A stretch of 38,100 nt of DNA, from positions 1-38,100 of the IMG/VR virus record IMGVR_UViG_3300025084_002858, one strand, 5' to 3'. Of this stretch, positions 25,807-34,962 are shown one piece after another. The translations under genes and the position numbers were made by a program. Within the stretch, counting starts at the first letter, position 1. The number at the start of each line of letters is the position of its first letter. The stretch is from a virus. Lineage: Duplodnaviria > Caudoviricetes. Below the pieces are notes generated by a model. That model worked only from the letters and a program-made list of their open reading frames with translations. It searched no databases and had not been told where the DNA came from.

Positions 25807-26663
25807 TGTTATCTTTTAATAAACTTGGTAAGTCTGGTCGTCTTGGCAACCAGATGTTTCAATATGCAGCACTGAGAGGTATTGCTGCCAATCGTGGGTT
25901 TGACTGGGTTGTTCCACCTCCAGGTACATCAGGTGTTGATGAGTTTGGTTGTGAGAACAACTACTGTATGTTTGAAACCTTCAAGATGACTGGTGCCACA
26001 GAGGAGCATCATGGCATTCCTGATAATATTCCTTGGGCTATCTGGAAAGAGTTTCACTTCAACGAACAACTCTTTAATGAATGTCCTGATAATGTAAACC
26101 TGGATGGATACTTTCAGACCGAGAGATATTTTGAGAATGTAGAGAAAGAGATCCGTGAGGACTTTAAGTTCCAGGACTCTATCTACAAACCATGTAAGGA
26201 GATGATGGATAGTATTGAGGGTGATCGTAAGATCTTCCTTCACATCCGTCGTGGTGATCCTAAGTTGCCTTGGGCATATGTTAACCTAGAGGCAGCACAT
26301 CCCGTATGTACATTTGATTATTATGAAAAAGCCCTTGCTGAGTTTCCTGATGATATCCCTGTCGTTGTGTTCTCTGATGTTATTGAATGGTGTAAGGAAC
26401 AGGAATTCTTTAATCCAGATCGATTCATTTTTTCCGAGACCACTGATGAATTATCTGATGGTCAGAGAGTCCCCTGGACAGATCTATGTCTAATGTCTCT
26501 CTGTACCGATGCTATCATCGCCAACAGTTCATTCTCTTGGTGGGGTGCATGGTTGATTGATAATCCTGAGAAAAAAGTAATCGCACCTAAGAGATGGTTT
26601 GGCGCACAGTATGATCACTATCATATGGATGACTTGATTCCTGAAACCTGGACTGTTCTGTAA
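25806..26663 (+). CDS. GT11 (alpha-1,2-fucosyltransferase family) glycosyltransferase
   Basis: GRLGNQMFQYA, GYFQ, HIRRGD, FSD, NSSFSWWGAWL. Confidence 0.9.
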   Translation: MLSFNKLGKSGRLGNQMFQYAALRGIAANRGFDWVVPPPGTSGVDEFGCENNYCMFETFKMTGATEEHHGIPDNIPWAIWKEFHFNEQLFNECPDNVNLDGYFQTERYFENVEKEIREDFKFQDSIYKPCKEMMDSIEGDRKIFLHIRRGDPKLPWAYVNLEAAHPVCTFDYYEKALAEFPDDIPVVVFSDVIEWCKEQEFFNPDRFIFSETTDELSDGQRVPWTDLCLMSLCTDAIIANSSFSWWGAWLIDNPEKKVIAPKRWFGAQYDHYHMDDLIPETWTVL

Positions 26664-27469
26664 TGGATCTCACCTTTCTAATTCCTACTAGAATTGAAAC
26701 AGAAGACCGACTGAGAAACATCATCTCGTCGGTTTCTTATTTGTTGCGACATACTAATGCACATGTGATTGTGAAGGAAGTAGCTCCTAGAAATACTTTC
26801 CTATTCAGGGCACTGCCTGAAATCAAGAAGTATGCGGACACGACCAACCTCATTCATTCGTATGAAGAAACTAATGAACCACTTTTCTGTAAGAGTAAGG
26901 TTCTGAATGATCTCATCGTTGAATCTAATACAAGAGTGGTTGCAAACTATGATGCTGATTGCATTCTTCCAATCCCATCATACCAAGAAGCATATGATTT
27001 GATTATTAATGATAAGGCAGATATAGTGTATCCTTATCAGTGTGGTATCTATCAGTGGTGTGCTGACTTTAGTATGGAGATTTTCTCAGAGTTTGTGAAG
27101 TCTTGGAACGGCACATCTGTTCTTGATAAGAATAAGAGGCTTTCTAATTCTACGATTGGTTGGTGTCAGTTCATCGACCGTCAAAAGTATATCGACTCTT
27201 ATATGATGAATGAGAACTTTGTGTCATGGGGATGTGAGGATGATGAGTTCTACTTCCGTATGAGCACACTGGGACATCGTATTGCAAGACTTAATAATTA
27301 TGTCTACCATCTTGAGCATGGTAGGACACACAACTCCTGGTTCAGTAATCCAAACTTTAATAACAACTATCAACTCTGGAATACGATCAAAACATTTGAC
27401 AGAGATCAGTTGGTGAAGTATTATGAGAACCAGGACTATCTGAAAACACGTAAAGCACAACTGAAATGA
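26663..27469 (+). CDS. GT-A glycosyltransferase (GT2/GT7-like)
   Basis: YDAD, NENFVSWGCEDDEF..R, YHLEH. Confidence 0.85.
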   Translation: MDLTFLIPTRIETEDRLRNIISSVSYLLRHTNAHVIVKEVAPRNTFLFRALPEIKKYADTTNLIHSYEETNEPLFCKSKVLNDLIVESNTRVVANYDADCILPIPSYQEAYDLIINDKADIVYPYQCGIYQWCADFSMEIFSEFVKSWNGTSVLDKNKRLSNSTIGWCQFIDRQKYIDSYMMNENFVSWGCEDDEFYFRMSTLGHRIARLNNYVYHLEHGRTHNSWFSNPNFNNNYQLWNTIKTFDRDQLVKYYENQDYLKTRKAQLK

Positions 27470-28269
27470 TAGGATTTAATGCGCTAGGACGAATGGGTCG
27501 TCTTGGCAATCAGATGTTCCAGTATGCAGCCCTCAAAGGACTGTCAAGAAATAATGGAGCAGAAATCACCATCCCATACTATCAGGATGCTGTTGATGAT
27601 GGCATAGGCAATATGCTTCGGACTGAGTTGTTTGACTCTTTCGATCTGAATGTTAATATTGGTTTATTAAATAATGGACATGCACCAGTTGTGCAGGAGA
27701 GACATTTTCATTTTGATGAAGAACTCTTTCGCTTGTGTCCTGACCACGTAGATATTCGTGGATATTTTCAGACGGAGAAATACTTCAAGCATATTGAGAG
27801 TGAAATTCGTGAGGACTTTACATTCAAGAAGGAAATTCTTGCACCATGTAAAGAAATGATGGAGGGGGTTAGTGACCCAGTAGCACTTCATGTCCGTCGC
27901 ACGGACTATGTAAGTAACAGTGCCAACCATCCTCCATGCTCTCTTGAGTATTACAAGAAAGCCCTATCACGCTTTGAGGCACATCGCACGGTGATTGTAT
28001 TCTCTGATGACCCTGCATGGTGTAATGAACAAGAACTCTTCTCTGGGGACCATTTCATGATCTCTGAGAACGATGATAATCGGATGGACCTCTGTCTAAT
28101 GACACTCTGTAGCGATTTCATTATCGCTAACTCCTCTTTCTCCTGGTGGGGTGCATGGCTTGCTAATAGGGGTATAGTTATTGCCCCTAAACAGTGGTTT
28201 GGCACCGATGGATATACAAAAGATCACGATACAAAGGATGTAGTACCCGATGGATGGACACGAATTTAG
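27466..28269 (+). CDS. GT11 glycosyltransferase (second copy)
   Basis: GRLGNQMFQYA, HVRRTDY, FSDD, NSSFSWWGAWL. Confidence 0.9.
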   Translation: MIGFNALGRMGRLGNQMFQYAALKGLSRNNGAEITIPYYQDAVDDGIGNMLRTELFDSFDLNVNIGLLNNGHAPVVQERHFHFDEELFRLCPDHVDIRGYFQTEKYFKHIESEIREDFTFKKEILAPCKEMMEGVSDPVALHVRRTDYVSNSANHPPCSLEYYKKALSRFEAHRTVIVFSDDPAWCNEQELFSGDHFMISENDDNRMDLCLMTLCSDFIIANSSFSWWGAWLANRGIVIAPKQWFGTDGYTKDHDTKDVVPDGWTRI

Positions 28270-28273
28270 TACG

Positions 28274-29083
28274 ATGGACAAGAACAAGTCCGCATTTAAA
28301 CTGAAAGGTCTCCCCACAATCTATTGGCTCAATCTGGATGCCGATGAGAACAGAAGGTTCTACATGGAGGAGCAGTTTAAATATTGGCAAGTTGAAAATC
28401 ATATTCGTATCGCTGGATATGATGCGAGGGAGGATGATCCATCAGAACATCTGAAAGGAAGGGTTCCTGACAGTGTGAGTCCTGCTGAGTTGGGATGCTG
28501 CATGTCCCACCTCAAAGCGATTAAGCATTTCTATGAAGAGACTGAAGATGAGTATTGCATGATCCTTGAGGATGATGTAGACTTTTCTACAGTAAAGCAC
28601 TGGAACTTTACTTGGCATGAATTCTTTGGACTTCTCCCATATGATTGGGATTGCGTTCAGATGACTGCCATCACAACTGGAGACATCCACGTAAAACTTC
28701 ACCACAAGTTCATCAACGATTTCTCTGCAGCAGCCTATCTAATCTCTAGGCATCATGCTGCAAAGATGATGAAGTATCATATCCGTGGTAATAAGTATAA
28801 GTTGGATAATGGTGTAAAACCCAGAGCAGTCTCTGAAGATACAATCTTAGAAACTGGTAAAACTTACACCATTCCTTTGTTCTTGTATAATCTAGATTTT
28901 AGTTCTACGATTCACCAAGAACATATTGGCGTCTTCCATCAAGGACCACATACTGCTCTGTCAAACTACTGGCAGCAGCAAGGACCAAACGTTGACATCC
29001 GAGACTGGATGAACTATGATCCTTATCTTGGTCGGATCGTCCACAACTCTGCACAGCAGAATGTGGAAAACCCACCAAGTTGA
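28274..29083 (+). CDS. GT25 glycosyltransferase
   Basis: WLNLD....RR, ELGCCMSH, ILEDD, AAAYLIS. Confidence 0.85.
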   Translation: MDKNKSAFKLKGLPTIYWLNLDADENRRFYMEEQFKYWQVENHIRIAGYDAREDDPSEHLKGRVPDSVSPAELGCCMSHLKAIKHFYEETEDEYCMILEDDVDFSTVKHWNFTWHEFFGLLPYDWDCVQMTAITTGDIHVKLHHKFINDFSAAAYLISRHHAAKMMKYHIRGNKYKLDNGVKPRAVSEDTILETGKTYTIPLFLYNLDFSSTIHQEHIGVFHQGPHTALSNYWQQQGPNVDIRDWMNYDPYLGRIVHNSAQQNVENPPS

Positions 29084-29113
29084 CAGAATCTCAAGACTCT
29101 GTTAATATAAATA
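29080..29113 (+). promoter_or_regulatory. Overlapping sigma70-type and late promoters
   Basis: TTGACA-N17-TAATAT overlapping TATAAATA (29106-29113). Confidence 0.7.
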
Positions 29114-29227
29114 CTTAACCTTTTGTCTTTCAGTAATTAAAGTAACGAAAGGTATACTTAACACGGGACAGTCGAGTCCCTATTCATCTGCGGGTATCCA
29201 TTCCGCAAGTAACTAAAGGTAACAAAA

Positions 29228-29599
29228 ATGTTTAAATCTGTATTCGCAGCTTCTGCTGCTCTGTTCGCTTCTGCTGGCGCTGCCCTTGCAGGTCCATACG
29301 TTAACGTAGAAACCAACGCTGGTTGGACTGGATCCGAGTACAACGGTGCCGGAACAGACCTCCACGTAGGCTATGAAGGTGCATTCAGTGACACTGGTTC
29401 GTTCTACGTTCAGGGCGGTGCTACTGTACTGACTCCTGATGGTGGTGACGCTGACACCGTTCCTTCTGGTAAGGCAGGTCTTGGCTTGGGTCTGACTGAC
29501 GCTCTGGGTGCATATGGTGAAATCTCTTTCGTCGGTTCTGGCGACGAAGATCTTGACCGTGGTTACGGAGCAAAGTTGGGCGTCAAGTACAACTTCTGA
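29228..29599 (+). CDS. Small outer-membrane beta-barrel (porin-like) protein
   Basis: Signal peptide ending ALA-G, amphipathic beta strands, C-terminal GVKYNF. Confidence 0.8.
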   Translation: MFKSVFAASAALFASAGAALAGPYVNVETNAGWTGSEYNGAGTDLHVGYEGAFSDTGSFYVQGGATVLTPDGGDADTVPSGKAGLGLGLTDALGAYGEISFVGSGDEDLDRGYGAKLGVKYNF

Positions 29600-29608
29600 T
29601 TGTTCATA

Positions 29609-29664
29609 TAGACAAGTAAATATCTAGATGTTATACTGGGGGTGCGACGGCATCCCCTTTTTTT
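29609..29664 (+). terminator. Terminator with an overlapping upstream sigma70-type promoter
   Basis: TAGACA-N17-TATACT followed directly by GGGGGTGC-GACG-GCATCCCC and a T tract. Confidence 0.7.
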
Positions 29665-29874
29665 ATGAGAAATTATTTTGTAAGGATCGCCACTCATCCT
29701 GCTACACACTTTAATTTGATTTCTATTGGAGTATTGATTACGATTGGAATGCTTCACAACTATGCTCACTTTACGATGGATAAAGATGCAGATGCTTATG
29801 TGAGGCAGTGGTGTAGGTCATCATCAGAAAACAAAAAGATCTGCATCCGCTATGGCGGCAACATGGACTATTGA
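29665..29874 (+). CDS. Small membrane protein
   Basis: One TM segment; LHNYAHF..DKDADAYVRQWC. Confidence 0.6.
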   Translation: MRNYFVRIATHPATHFNLISIGVLITIGMLHNYAHFTMDKDADAYVRQWCRSSSENKKICIRYGGNMDY

Positions 29875-29899
29875 CAAAACTTTATGTTTCCTATATACT
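29871..29899 (+). promoter_or_regulatory. Sigma70-type promoter for hli
   Basis: TTGACA-N17-TATACT. Confidence 0.75.
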
Positions 29900-29926
29900 A
29901 TGTAAAGAAACATTACGGAGTGTATC

Positions 29927-30145
29927 ATGACTGTAACAACTGAAGATGGTGGACGCACAAACCTGTTCGCCAGAGAACCCCAAATGTATATCTCACAAAC
30001 TGACGCGGAACGTTACGGTTATGAGTCATACGCAGAGAAAGCAGAGAAACTAAATGGTCGCACTGCGATGATTGGTTTTATTGCAGCAGTTGTTTCGTAT
30101 GCTACATCTGGTAGTGTATTCTTCTTTGGCGCATTCGGATTCTAA
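29927..30145 (+). CDS. hli: High-light-inducible protein
   Basis: AEKLNGRTAMIGF chlorophyll-binding motif; NLFAREP.MY. Confidence 0.95.
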   Translation: MTVTTEDGGRTNLFAREPQMYISQTDAERYGYESYAEKAEKLNGRTAMIGFIAAVVSYATSGSVFFFGAFGF

Positions 30146-30231
30146 TGACTGAAATTATTTTTACCGTTACGGCAGTTGCTTTTTTCTGCCTACTCGGTTA
30201 TACTGTGGAACAACTTTCGGAAACCTATTGA
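30145..30231 (+). CDS. 28-aa hydrophobic peptide
   Basis: MTEIIFTVTAVAFFCLLGYTVEQLSETY; coupled on both sides. Confidence 0.5.
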   Translation: MTEIIFTVTAVAFFCLLGYTVEQLSETY

Positions 30232-30452
30232 TGGAAACTTCTATTGCTGAACTCCTTACTTATTATGTAATCGGTGGTGCTCTTATCATAGGACCACCTG
30301 CAATATTCCTAATCATCGCTATGATGGCAGCACTCCAAAATACGAAAGGACGTATGGTTGGATACAAAGATCACAAAACTTATGGTGATATCTCATTTTA
30401 TGAGAATGCACCATCAGACCAAACTAAATTTTATCTTACACTAGGCGAATAG
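30231..30452 (+). CDS. Small membrane protein
   Basis: Hydrophobic helix then LQNTKGRMVGYKDHKTYGD. Confidence 0.6.
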   Translation: METSIAELLTYYVIGGALIIGPPAIFLIIAMMAALQNTKGRMVGYKDHKTYGDISFYENAPSDQTKFYLTLGE

Positions 30453-30474
30453 ATAGAAAACATTTCTAATTATT

Positions 30475-30630
30475 ATGCCTGATCCTAATGCTCTCTATGA
30501 TGACATGGAGAAGCTCAACGCTTTATACGAAGAACTTTGCTGGGATCATGATGACGAACTGATGTTTAGTCATGACGGAAGCAAAATACTCATAACAAAC
30601 AAAACACTAAAGGAAAAAAACGATGTTTAA
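30475..30630 (+). CDS. 51-aa acidic hypothetical protein (not in ORF track)
   Basis: MPDPNALYDDMEKLNALYEELCWDHDDEL... Confidence 0.6.
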   Translation: MPDPNALYDDMEKLNALYEELCWDHDDELMFSHDGSKILITNKTLKEKNDV

Positions 30631-30733
30631 TGAATCAGCAGAACGCATCAACGGTTGGGCAGCGATGATCGGAGTGATCGCTGCGATGGGTAGTTACGCA
30701 ACCACAGGACAAATCATTCCAGGTATCTGGTGA
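30623..30733 (+). CDS. hli: High-light-inducible protein, short form (36 aa; not in ORF track)
   Basis: MFNESAERINGWAAMIGVIAAMGSYATTGQIIPGIW. Confidence 0.93.
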   Translation: MFNESAERINGWAAMIGVIAAMGSYATTGQIIPGIW

Positions 30734-30794
30734 TGGGATTTGTAGTAGCAGCACTGCTGTTTCTTATTCCAATTGGCGCAGCAGTTAGAGACTC

Positions 30795-30938
30795 ATGAGT
30801 ATAGAATGGGCACAGACAACTATTTTTTTATTGGCACCCCTATTCTTTATGCTCCTCTTCATAGAAACTAATGAAGATGATGATGGACCACCAGACGGAG
30901 GGATGATGACACCAGTTTATGCACCGTCACCCTCTTGA
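30795..30938 (+). CDS. 47-aa single-TM protein with DDDGPPDGGMMTP tail
   Basis: Hand translation; TM helix followed by an acidic/Gly motif. Confidence 0.55.
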   Translation: MSIEWAQTTIFLLAPLFFMLLFIETNEDDDGPPDGGMMTPVYAPSPS

Positions 30939-30990
30939 CACAGAACACAAAACAGTTTATAATTCGGGGGTACTACGCACCCCCTTTTTA
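30935..30990 (+). promoter_or_regulatory. Consensus sigma70-type promoter overlapping a terminator hairpin
   Basis: TTGACA-N17-TATAAT, then GGGGGT...ACCCCC and a T tract. Confidence 0.75.
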
Positions 30991-31566
30991 ATGTTCGGCC
31001 GAATCGCTGCTTACACTTCTTTGATACTTCTTAGTGCTTCATGCGCTACTAAGGCTGTAGAGACGAAGAAAGAAGTTGTGAGTGCTCCTGTAGAACCCTA
31101 TGTAGCTACTTGGAAGTGTGAAGATTGTACTCCAGAAGAAAAGTATGTTCTTGAACAACTACAAGACAAAACAAGAATTACAGATCGGAATGCCTTAGCA
31201 ACGATCATGGGTAACATTAAACAGGAATCTAAGTTCATCTCCAACATCTGTGAAGGTGGTGCTCGGGTAAATTATGAAGACTGTCTTGTTGGTGGGTATG
31301 GTTTGATCCAGTGGACCAGCGTTAATCGTTATGATAATCTTGGGAGATTTTGTAATAAATTCGATTGTGACCCTAGCACTCTAGAAGGTCAGACTCGTTA
31401 TATGATTAACGAGAACATCTTTCAACGCTACCTCCCTGAGTTTGAGGGTAATGGTCAAACCATCTCACAGTACATGGTTCCTGCATACTATTGGCTGGGA
31501 TGGGGAGTCAAAGGTAACAGAGAACTTTATGCATACGACTACACAAAAAAACTTGTACTGGCATGA
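30991..31566 (+). CDS. Phage tail-lysozyme-like muramidase with lipoprotein-type signal
   Basis: ATIMGNIKQES and GYGLIQWT...R motifs; LLSASC lipobox-like segment; start placed after the promoter. Confidence 0.75.
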   Translation: MFGRIAAYTSLILLSASCATKAVETKKEVVSAPVEPYVATWKCEDCTPEEKYVLEQLQDKTRITDRNALATIMGNIKQESKFISNICEGGARVNYEDCLVGGYGLIQWTSVNRYDNLGRFCNKFDCDPSTLEGQTRYMINENIFQRYLPEFEGNGQTISQYMVPAYYWLGWGVKGNRELYAYDYTKKLVLA

Positions 31567-31964
31567 TTAATACTCTCAAAAATATTTTAGGATTTACCAA
31601 ACAGAAAAAGGTTAAGTGTACTATTGATGACATAGAAGCACCTTTATTTGAATGTGGTCCAGGACATTTGACTCAAGGATATGGTTTCTTTGGGTATACT
31701 GGTGTTCCTGCACCAACTGTTCTGACTGACGATCCTTGGTTTGGTCCTGCTCCCATCTCTGATTCAAATAAAGACTACATGGAGAAAGAAGCAGAGATCA
31801 AAAAAGAAGAAGCAGAGAATCGTCAGTATTGGACAAATGAACAAGAGAACATTCATCAGATAATGTATGAAATAGCAACCAGGAGTAGTGGCACTACTCT
31901 TCAACTTGATCCTATCGGAGGATCCGAAAACTTCCAAGGGGGTTCAGAAAATGTTCATCGATGA
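31563..31964 (+). CDS. Hypothetical protein
   Basis: ATGA-coupled 133-aa ORF. Confidence 0.6.
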   Translation: MINTLKNILGFTKQKKVKCTIDDIEAPLFECGPGHLTQGYGFFGYTGVPAPTVLTDDPWFGPAPISDSNKDYMEKEAEIKKEEAENRQYWTNEQENIHQIMYEIATRSSGTTLQLDPIGGSENFQGGSENVHR

Positions 31965-32172
31965 TTGGCGCTACAGTGACCAGAAAATGAAGATCAGAGA
32001 ACAAGCACTCAAAGTATTGCTTGCAAAGTTTGGTGCTGCACTAGAGAAAGGATCTCCTAAATATTCAAATCAATCAATCTATGAGTGTGCTCACGACTGG
32101 GTTTCCCAAGGCAATATGCACACTGCAGGGATTGTAAAATACTACGAGGCTTATTATGCAAAAAGTAATTAA
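31951..32172 (+). CDS. Hypothetical protein
   Basis: DDWRYSD...IYECAHDWVSQG. Confidence 0.65.
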   Translation: MFIDDWRYSDQKMKIREQALKVLLAKFGAALEKGSPKYSNQSIYECAHDWVSQGNMHTAGIVKYYEAYYAKSN

Positions 32173-32404
32173 TGTTTTAGCAGTTCTTTCTTTTGTTGGA
32201 ACTGCGGGTATCGTCGGTGGCGGCACTGCACTATATCTCAATAAGGATTCTATTGTTGAGAACATCAAATCTCAAGTTGCATCTGCAGCAGCAGAAGCAA
32301 TTTCTGCAGAACTTCCTGGAATGATGGATGCTGCTATGCCTGAACTTCCTACTACTACTGGTGGCACTATTCCTTCTACAGGTGGTGCTGCTCTCCCATT
32401 TTGA
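32156..32404 (+). CDS. Small membrane-anchored protein
   Basis: N-terminal TM segment; P/T/G tail ending LPF. Confidence 0.7.
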   Translation: MQKVINVLAVLSFVGTAGIVGGGTALYLNKDSIVENIKSQVASAAAEAISAELPGMMDAAMPELPTTTGGTIPSTGGAALPF

Positions 32405-32413
32405 TAATCTATT

Positions 32414-33091
32414 ATGAAAAAAATTATTGCGTCCCTGGTTGCTGCGGCGGCGGTTGCCCTACCTGCCCTTTCAGACCCCCTAAAAGATAACGAATATTAT
32501 ACCAATCATTCGATGGGGTGTATGTTACTCCGAGAGTGTACCGATGAAGTCAAACAAGTCTTTAGTCTTTTGGATATTTCTAGTGAGTATCCCAATACTG
32601 ACGATTTTTATTCTGTTGCTAACGAATTCAACTCTATGCTTGTCGCCCTTAACCAGGTCGGAGTTAACGTGTTTCTAGCAGATGAAAAATATTTTCCAGT
32701 CGGACACCGTGGAGTTTATCATACTGTAGGTAACAATTTCTTTCTGAACAAAACGTTCATGAAGCGTCCTCATATATTAATGAGTGTGATGCGCCACGAA
32801 GGATGGCACGCTGCACAAGATTGTATGGCAGGAACAATTGACAATAGTTTGATTGCTATTATTCATCATGAGGATGATGTTCCTGCGATGTGGCAAGAGA
32901 TGGCACGGAGAGCCTATGTATTGCAACCCTCTGCTATTCCTTGGGAGAAGGAAGCAACCTGGGCAGGTAAAACTGAAGGCATGACTATGAAAGCACTTCA
33001 GTCTTGTGCTGCAGGTACTATGTGGTCCGACTATGATCCGACTCCAAAGACTCGCGAATGGTTGGTTGAAAACGGATACCTTTCTAAATAG
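32414..33091 (+). CDS. Secreted protein with HExxH zinc-metallopeptidase-like motif
   Basis: Signal peptide; RHEGWHAAQDC and downstream WEKEA. Confidence 0.7.
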   Translation: MKKIIASLVAAAAVALPALSDPLKDNEYYTNHSMGCMLLRECTDEVKQVFSLLDISSEYPNTDDFYSVANEFNSMLVALNQVGVNVFLADEKYFPVGHRGVYHTVGNNFFLNKTFMKRPHILMSVMRHEGWHAAQDCMAGTIDNSLIAIIHHEDDVPAMWQEMARRAYVLQPSAIPWEKEATWAGKTEGMTMKALQSCAAGTMWSDYDPTPKTREWLVENGYLSK

Positions 33092-33112
33092 AGTTGCCCT
33101 TGTTGGTGACAT

Positions 33113-33574
33113 ATGCCCGAAGAAGTTAAGGTAGAAGAGACCAAAAAGGAAGACCCAAAGAAGAAAGGTCCATTAGGAAAGTTAAAAGAAAAGGTTGGAG
33201 ATGCTGAGGATAACCTTGCCATTCTTTCAACCTTTGTTCGTTTAGGAATTCTTGTGTGGTCCGGTGGTATTCTTACCCTGAACTATGTAACAGTTCCTGG
33301 GTTACCACAGCAGAAAATTGATCCGACTTTTATAGCCAGCGTCTTCACCGGAGTTTTGGCTACGTTCGGAGTCCAGACGGCGAAGAAATCTGGTGATGGC
33401 ACTATGAAGATGAATGGTGCTAATGCTGCTGCTGCAGCTGGTGGTAGTGGAATTACAAAAGAAGATCTCGAAAGATTAATTGCTGCTGCATCCCAGACTG
33501 CACCTGCTCAGACCATTAGAGTTGAGCAAGGCCCAATCAAAATTGTAACCGATCAACCTCCATACAAGATGTGA
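33113..33574 (+). CDS. Two-TM membrane protein
   Basis: Charged N-terminus, two hydrophobic helices; CTAAATA late-like box at 33084. Confidence 0.7.
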   Translation: MPEEVKVEETKKEDPKKKGPLGKLKEKVGDAEDNLAILSTFVRLGILVWSGGILTLNYVTVPGLPQQKIDPTFIASVFTGVLATFGVQTAKKSGDGTMKMNGANAAAAAGGSGITKEDLERLIAAASQTAPAQTIRVEQGPIKIVTDQPPYKM

Positions 33575-33575
33575 T

Positions 33576-34154
33576 ATGAAACCTTACCTCAAGTGGACTG
33601 CCATTAGTCTTGGTAGTGTCGTAGCAATCGCACACATCGGTGTGTTGGGACATTTGGTCCGACGAGAACCTAATAGGATTCAGGTCCCGACCATTAACAT
33701 TCCACGCGGCACTCCATATTCTTCTTATAAAATAGAAGCAGGTAAAGAAGGTTATAGTATAGAATACAGGGCAAACGATCCTGCTATTCTTGAGTCACAA
33801 AAATCCTTATCATTAGATAAAACTAAGAGAGGATTCTTTGGTGGCGGTACTGAGAGTCGTCGCGAATGGCGTCAAGATCAATTCACTATGGATGGCACTA
33901 GAAATCTAGGAGGTGTTGGAGGAGATGGCGAGGGAAAGTTGACTGCAAAAGAGGAAGAGTGTTTAGTGGCGGACGCTGGAGCACGGTCACAAGGTGCGAT
34001 GGCAGGTAGTGCTATTACTGCTGGTGTTGCTGTTCCTGCTGTGATTGGCGTTCCATATGTTGGCTGGTTGGCAGCAGGATGGGTTTCCCTGTTAGGAAAT
34101 AATATTGGATCTTCAGCAGGGTCGTTAGTAAATTCTGCAATTAGTGACTGTTAA
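33576..34154 (+). CDS. Membrane protein with glycine-zipper-like C-terminus
   Basis: N-terminal TM segment; GAMAGSAITAG...GNNIGSSAG. Confidence 0.7.
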   Translation: MKPYLKWTAISLGSVVAIAHIGVLGHLVRREPNRIQVPTINIPRGTPYSSYKIEAGKEGYSIEYRANDPAILESQKSLSLDKTKRGFFGGGTESRREWRQDQFTMDGTRNLGGVGGDGEGKLTAKEEECLVADAGARSQGAMAGSAITAGVAVPAVIGVPYVGWLAAGWVSLLGNNIGSSAGSLVNSAISDC

Positions 34155-34360
34155 TGAATTTAATTCTTCGTCCTCTTGATAATATTGCTGATCCTGTTTG
34201 GAGTGTAATTATTTCCTTAATCATACTTCTTGCTGGAGTTGCATATTACATCGTCTATATAATGCGTATGGCTTTTGATGAATTGAACGATGGCGGATCA
34301 AATCGACAAGAAGGACGCGGATCAGGATCAACTGATAGCACTGCTGACTCACAGGATTGA
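34154..34360 (+). CDS. Small single-TM protein
   Basis: DPVWSVIISLIILLAGVAYYIVYIM. Confidence 0.6.
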   Translation: MNLILRPLDNIADPVWSVIISLIILLAGVAYYIVYIMRMAFDELNDGGSNRQEGRGSGSTDSTADSQD

Positions 34361-34556
34361 AGACGCTGAAAAAACTCAAGAAGAACTCCGCGATCGTGTT
34401 CGTAAATTAGAAAAGTGGGTATGGGGTGCCGGTGCCGTCATAACTGCTGCCATTACACTAATCGGAATAGCAACAGCAGTAGAATCAAAGGAGATCGAGT
34501 ATGGGCGCTATGGTTCCCCCCAGCAGGAAGTCGTGTTACAACTTCCGAGTAGTTGA
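34290..34556 (+). CDS. Short coiled-coil + TM protein
   Basis: EELRDRVRKLEKWVWGAGAVITAAITLIGIA. Confidence 0.6.
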   Translation: MADQIDKKDADQDQLIALLTHRIEDAEKTQEELRDRVRKLEKWVWGAGAVITAAITLIGIATAVESKEIEYGRYGSPQQEVVLQLPSS

Positions 34557-34962
34557 GATCAATCGTGTTCTTGATGGTGATACTATCGATGTCACTATTG
34601 ACCTCGGGTTTGATTTATACAAGAAAGAAAGAGTTAGAGTTGCAGGAGTTGATACGCCGGAGAAGAGAACCAAGAACTTAGAGGAGAAAGCTCTGGGACT
34701 TGATGCTACCAACTGGATGAAAGAAAAACTAGAAGGTGCTATTGCTGGTGACGATGAACTCTCTGTCAGAACTGAATTGGTTGGCGGTATGGGTAAGTAC
34801 GGTCGCCTTCTTGGTTGGTTATATATTGGAGATGCAGAAGTATCGTTGAATGAAATGATGATTGAGGAAGGATATGCTCATGCCTACGATGGTGGCACCA
34901 AGGATATGAACCTTGAAGCACTTCGTGTCATTCGTAGAGAACATGGTACTCTGGTTGAGTAA
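34501..34962 (+). CDS. Thermonuclease (SNase-family) endonuclease
   Basis: VLDGDTID, RVAGVDTPE, KYGRLLG, NEMMIEEGYA; GGAG SD. Confidence 0.9.
   Translation: MGAMVPPSRKSCYNFRVVEINRVLDGDTIDVTIDLGFDLYKKERVRVAGVDTPEKRTKNLEEKALGLDATNWMKEKLEGAIAGDDELSVRTELVGGMGKYGRLLGWLYIGDAEVSLNEMMIEEGYAHAYDGGTKDMNLEALRVIRREHGTLVE

Noticed and set aside
30919-30990. Track N-terminus of the lysozyme-like gene
   Set aside because: Spans a promoter and terminator; ATG 30991 yields a proper signal peptide.
345-33222. Many 60-175 aa minus-strand and alternate-frame ORFs in the track
   Set aside because: They lie opposite or within well-supported genes and show no motifs; treated as shadow ORFs.
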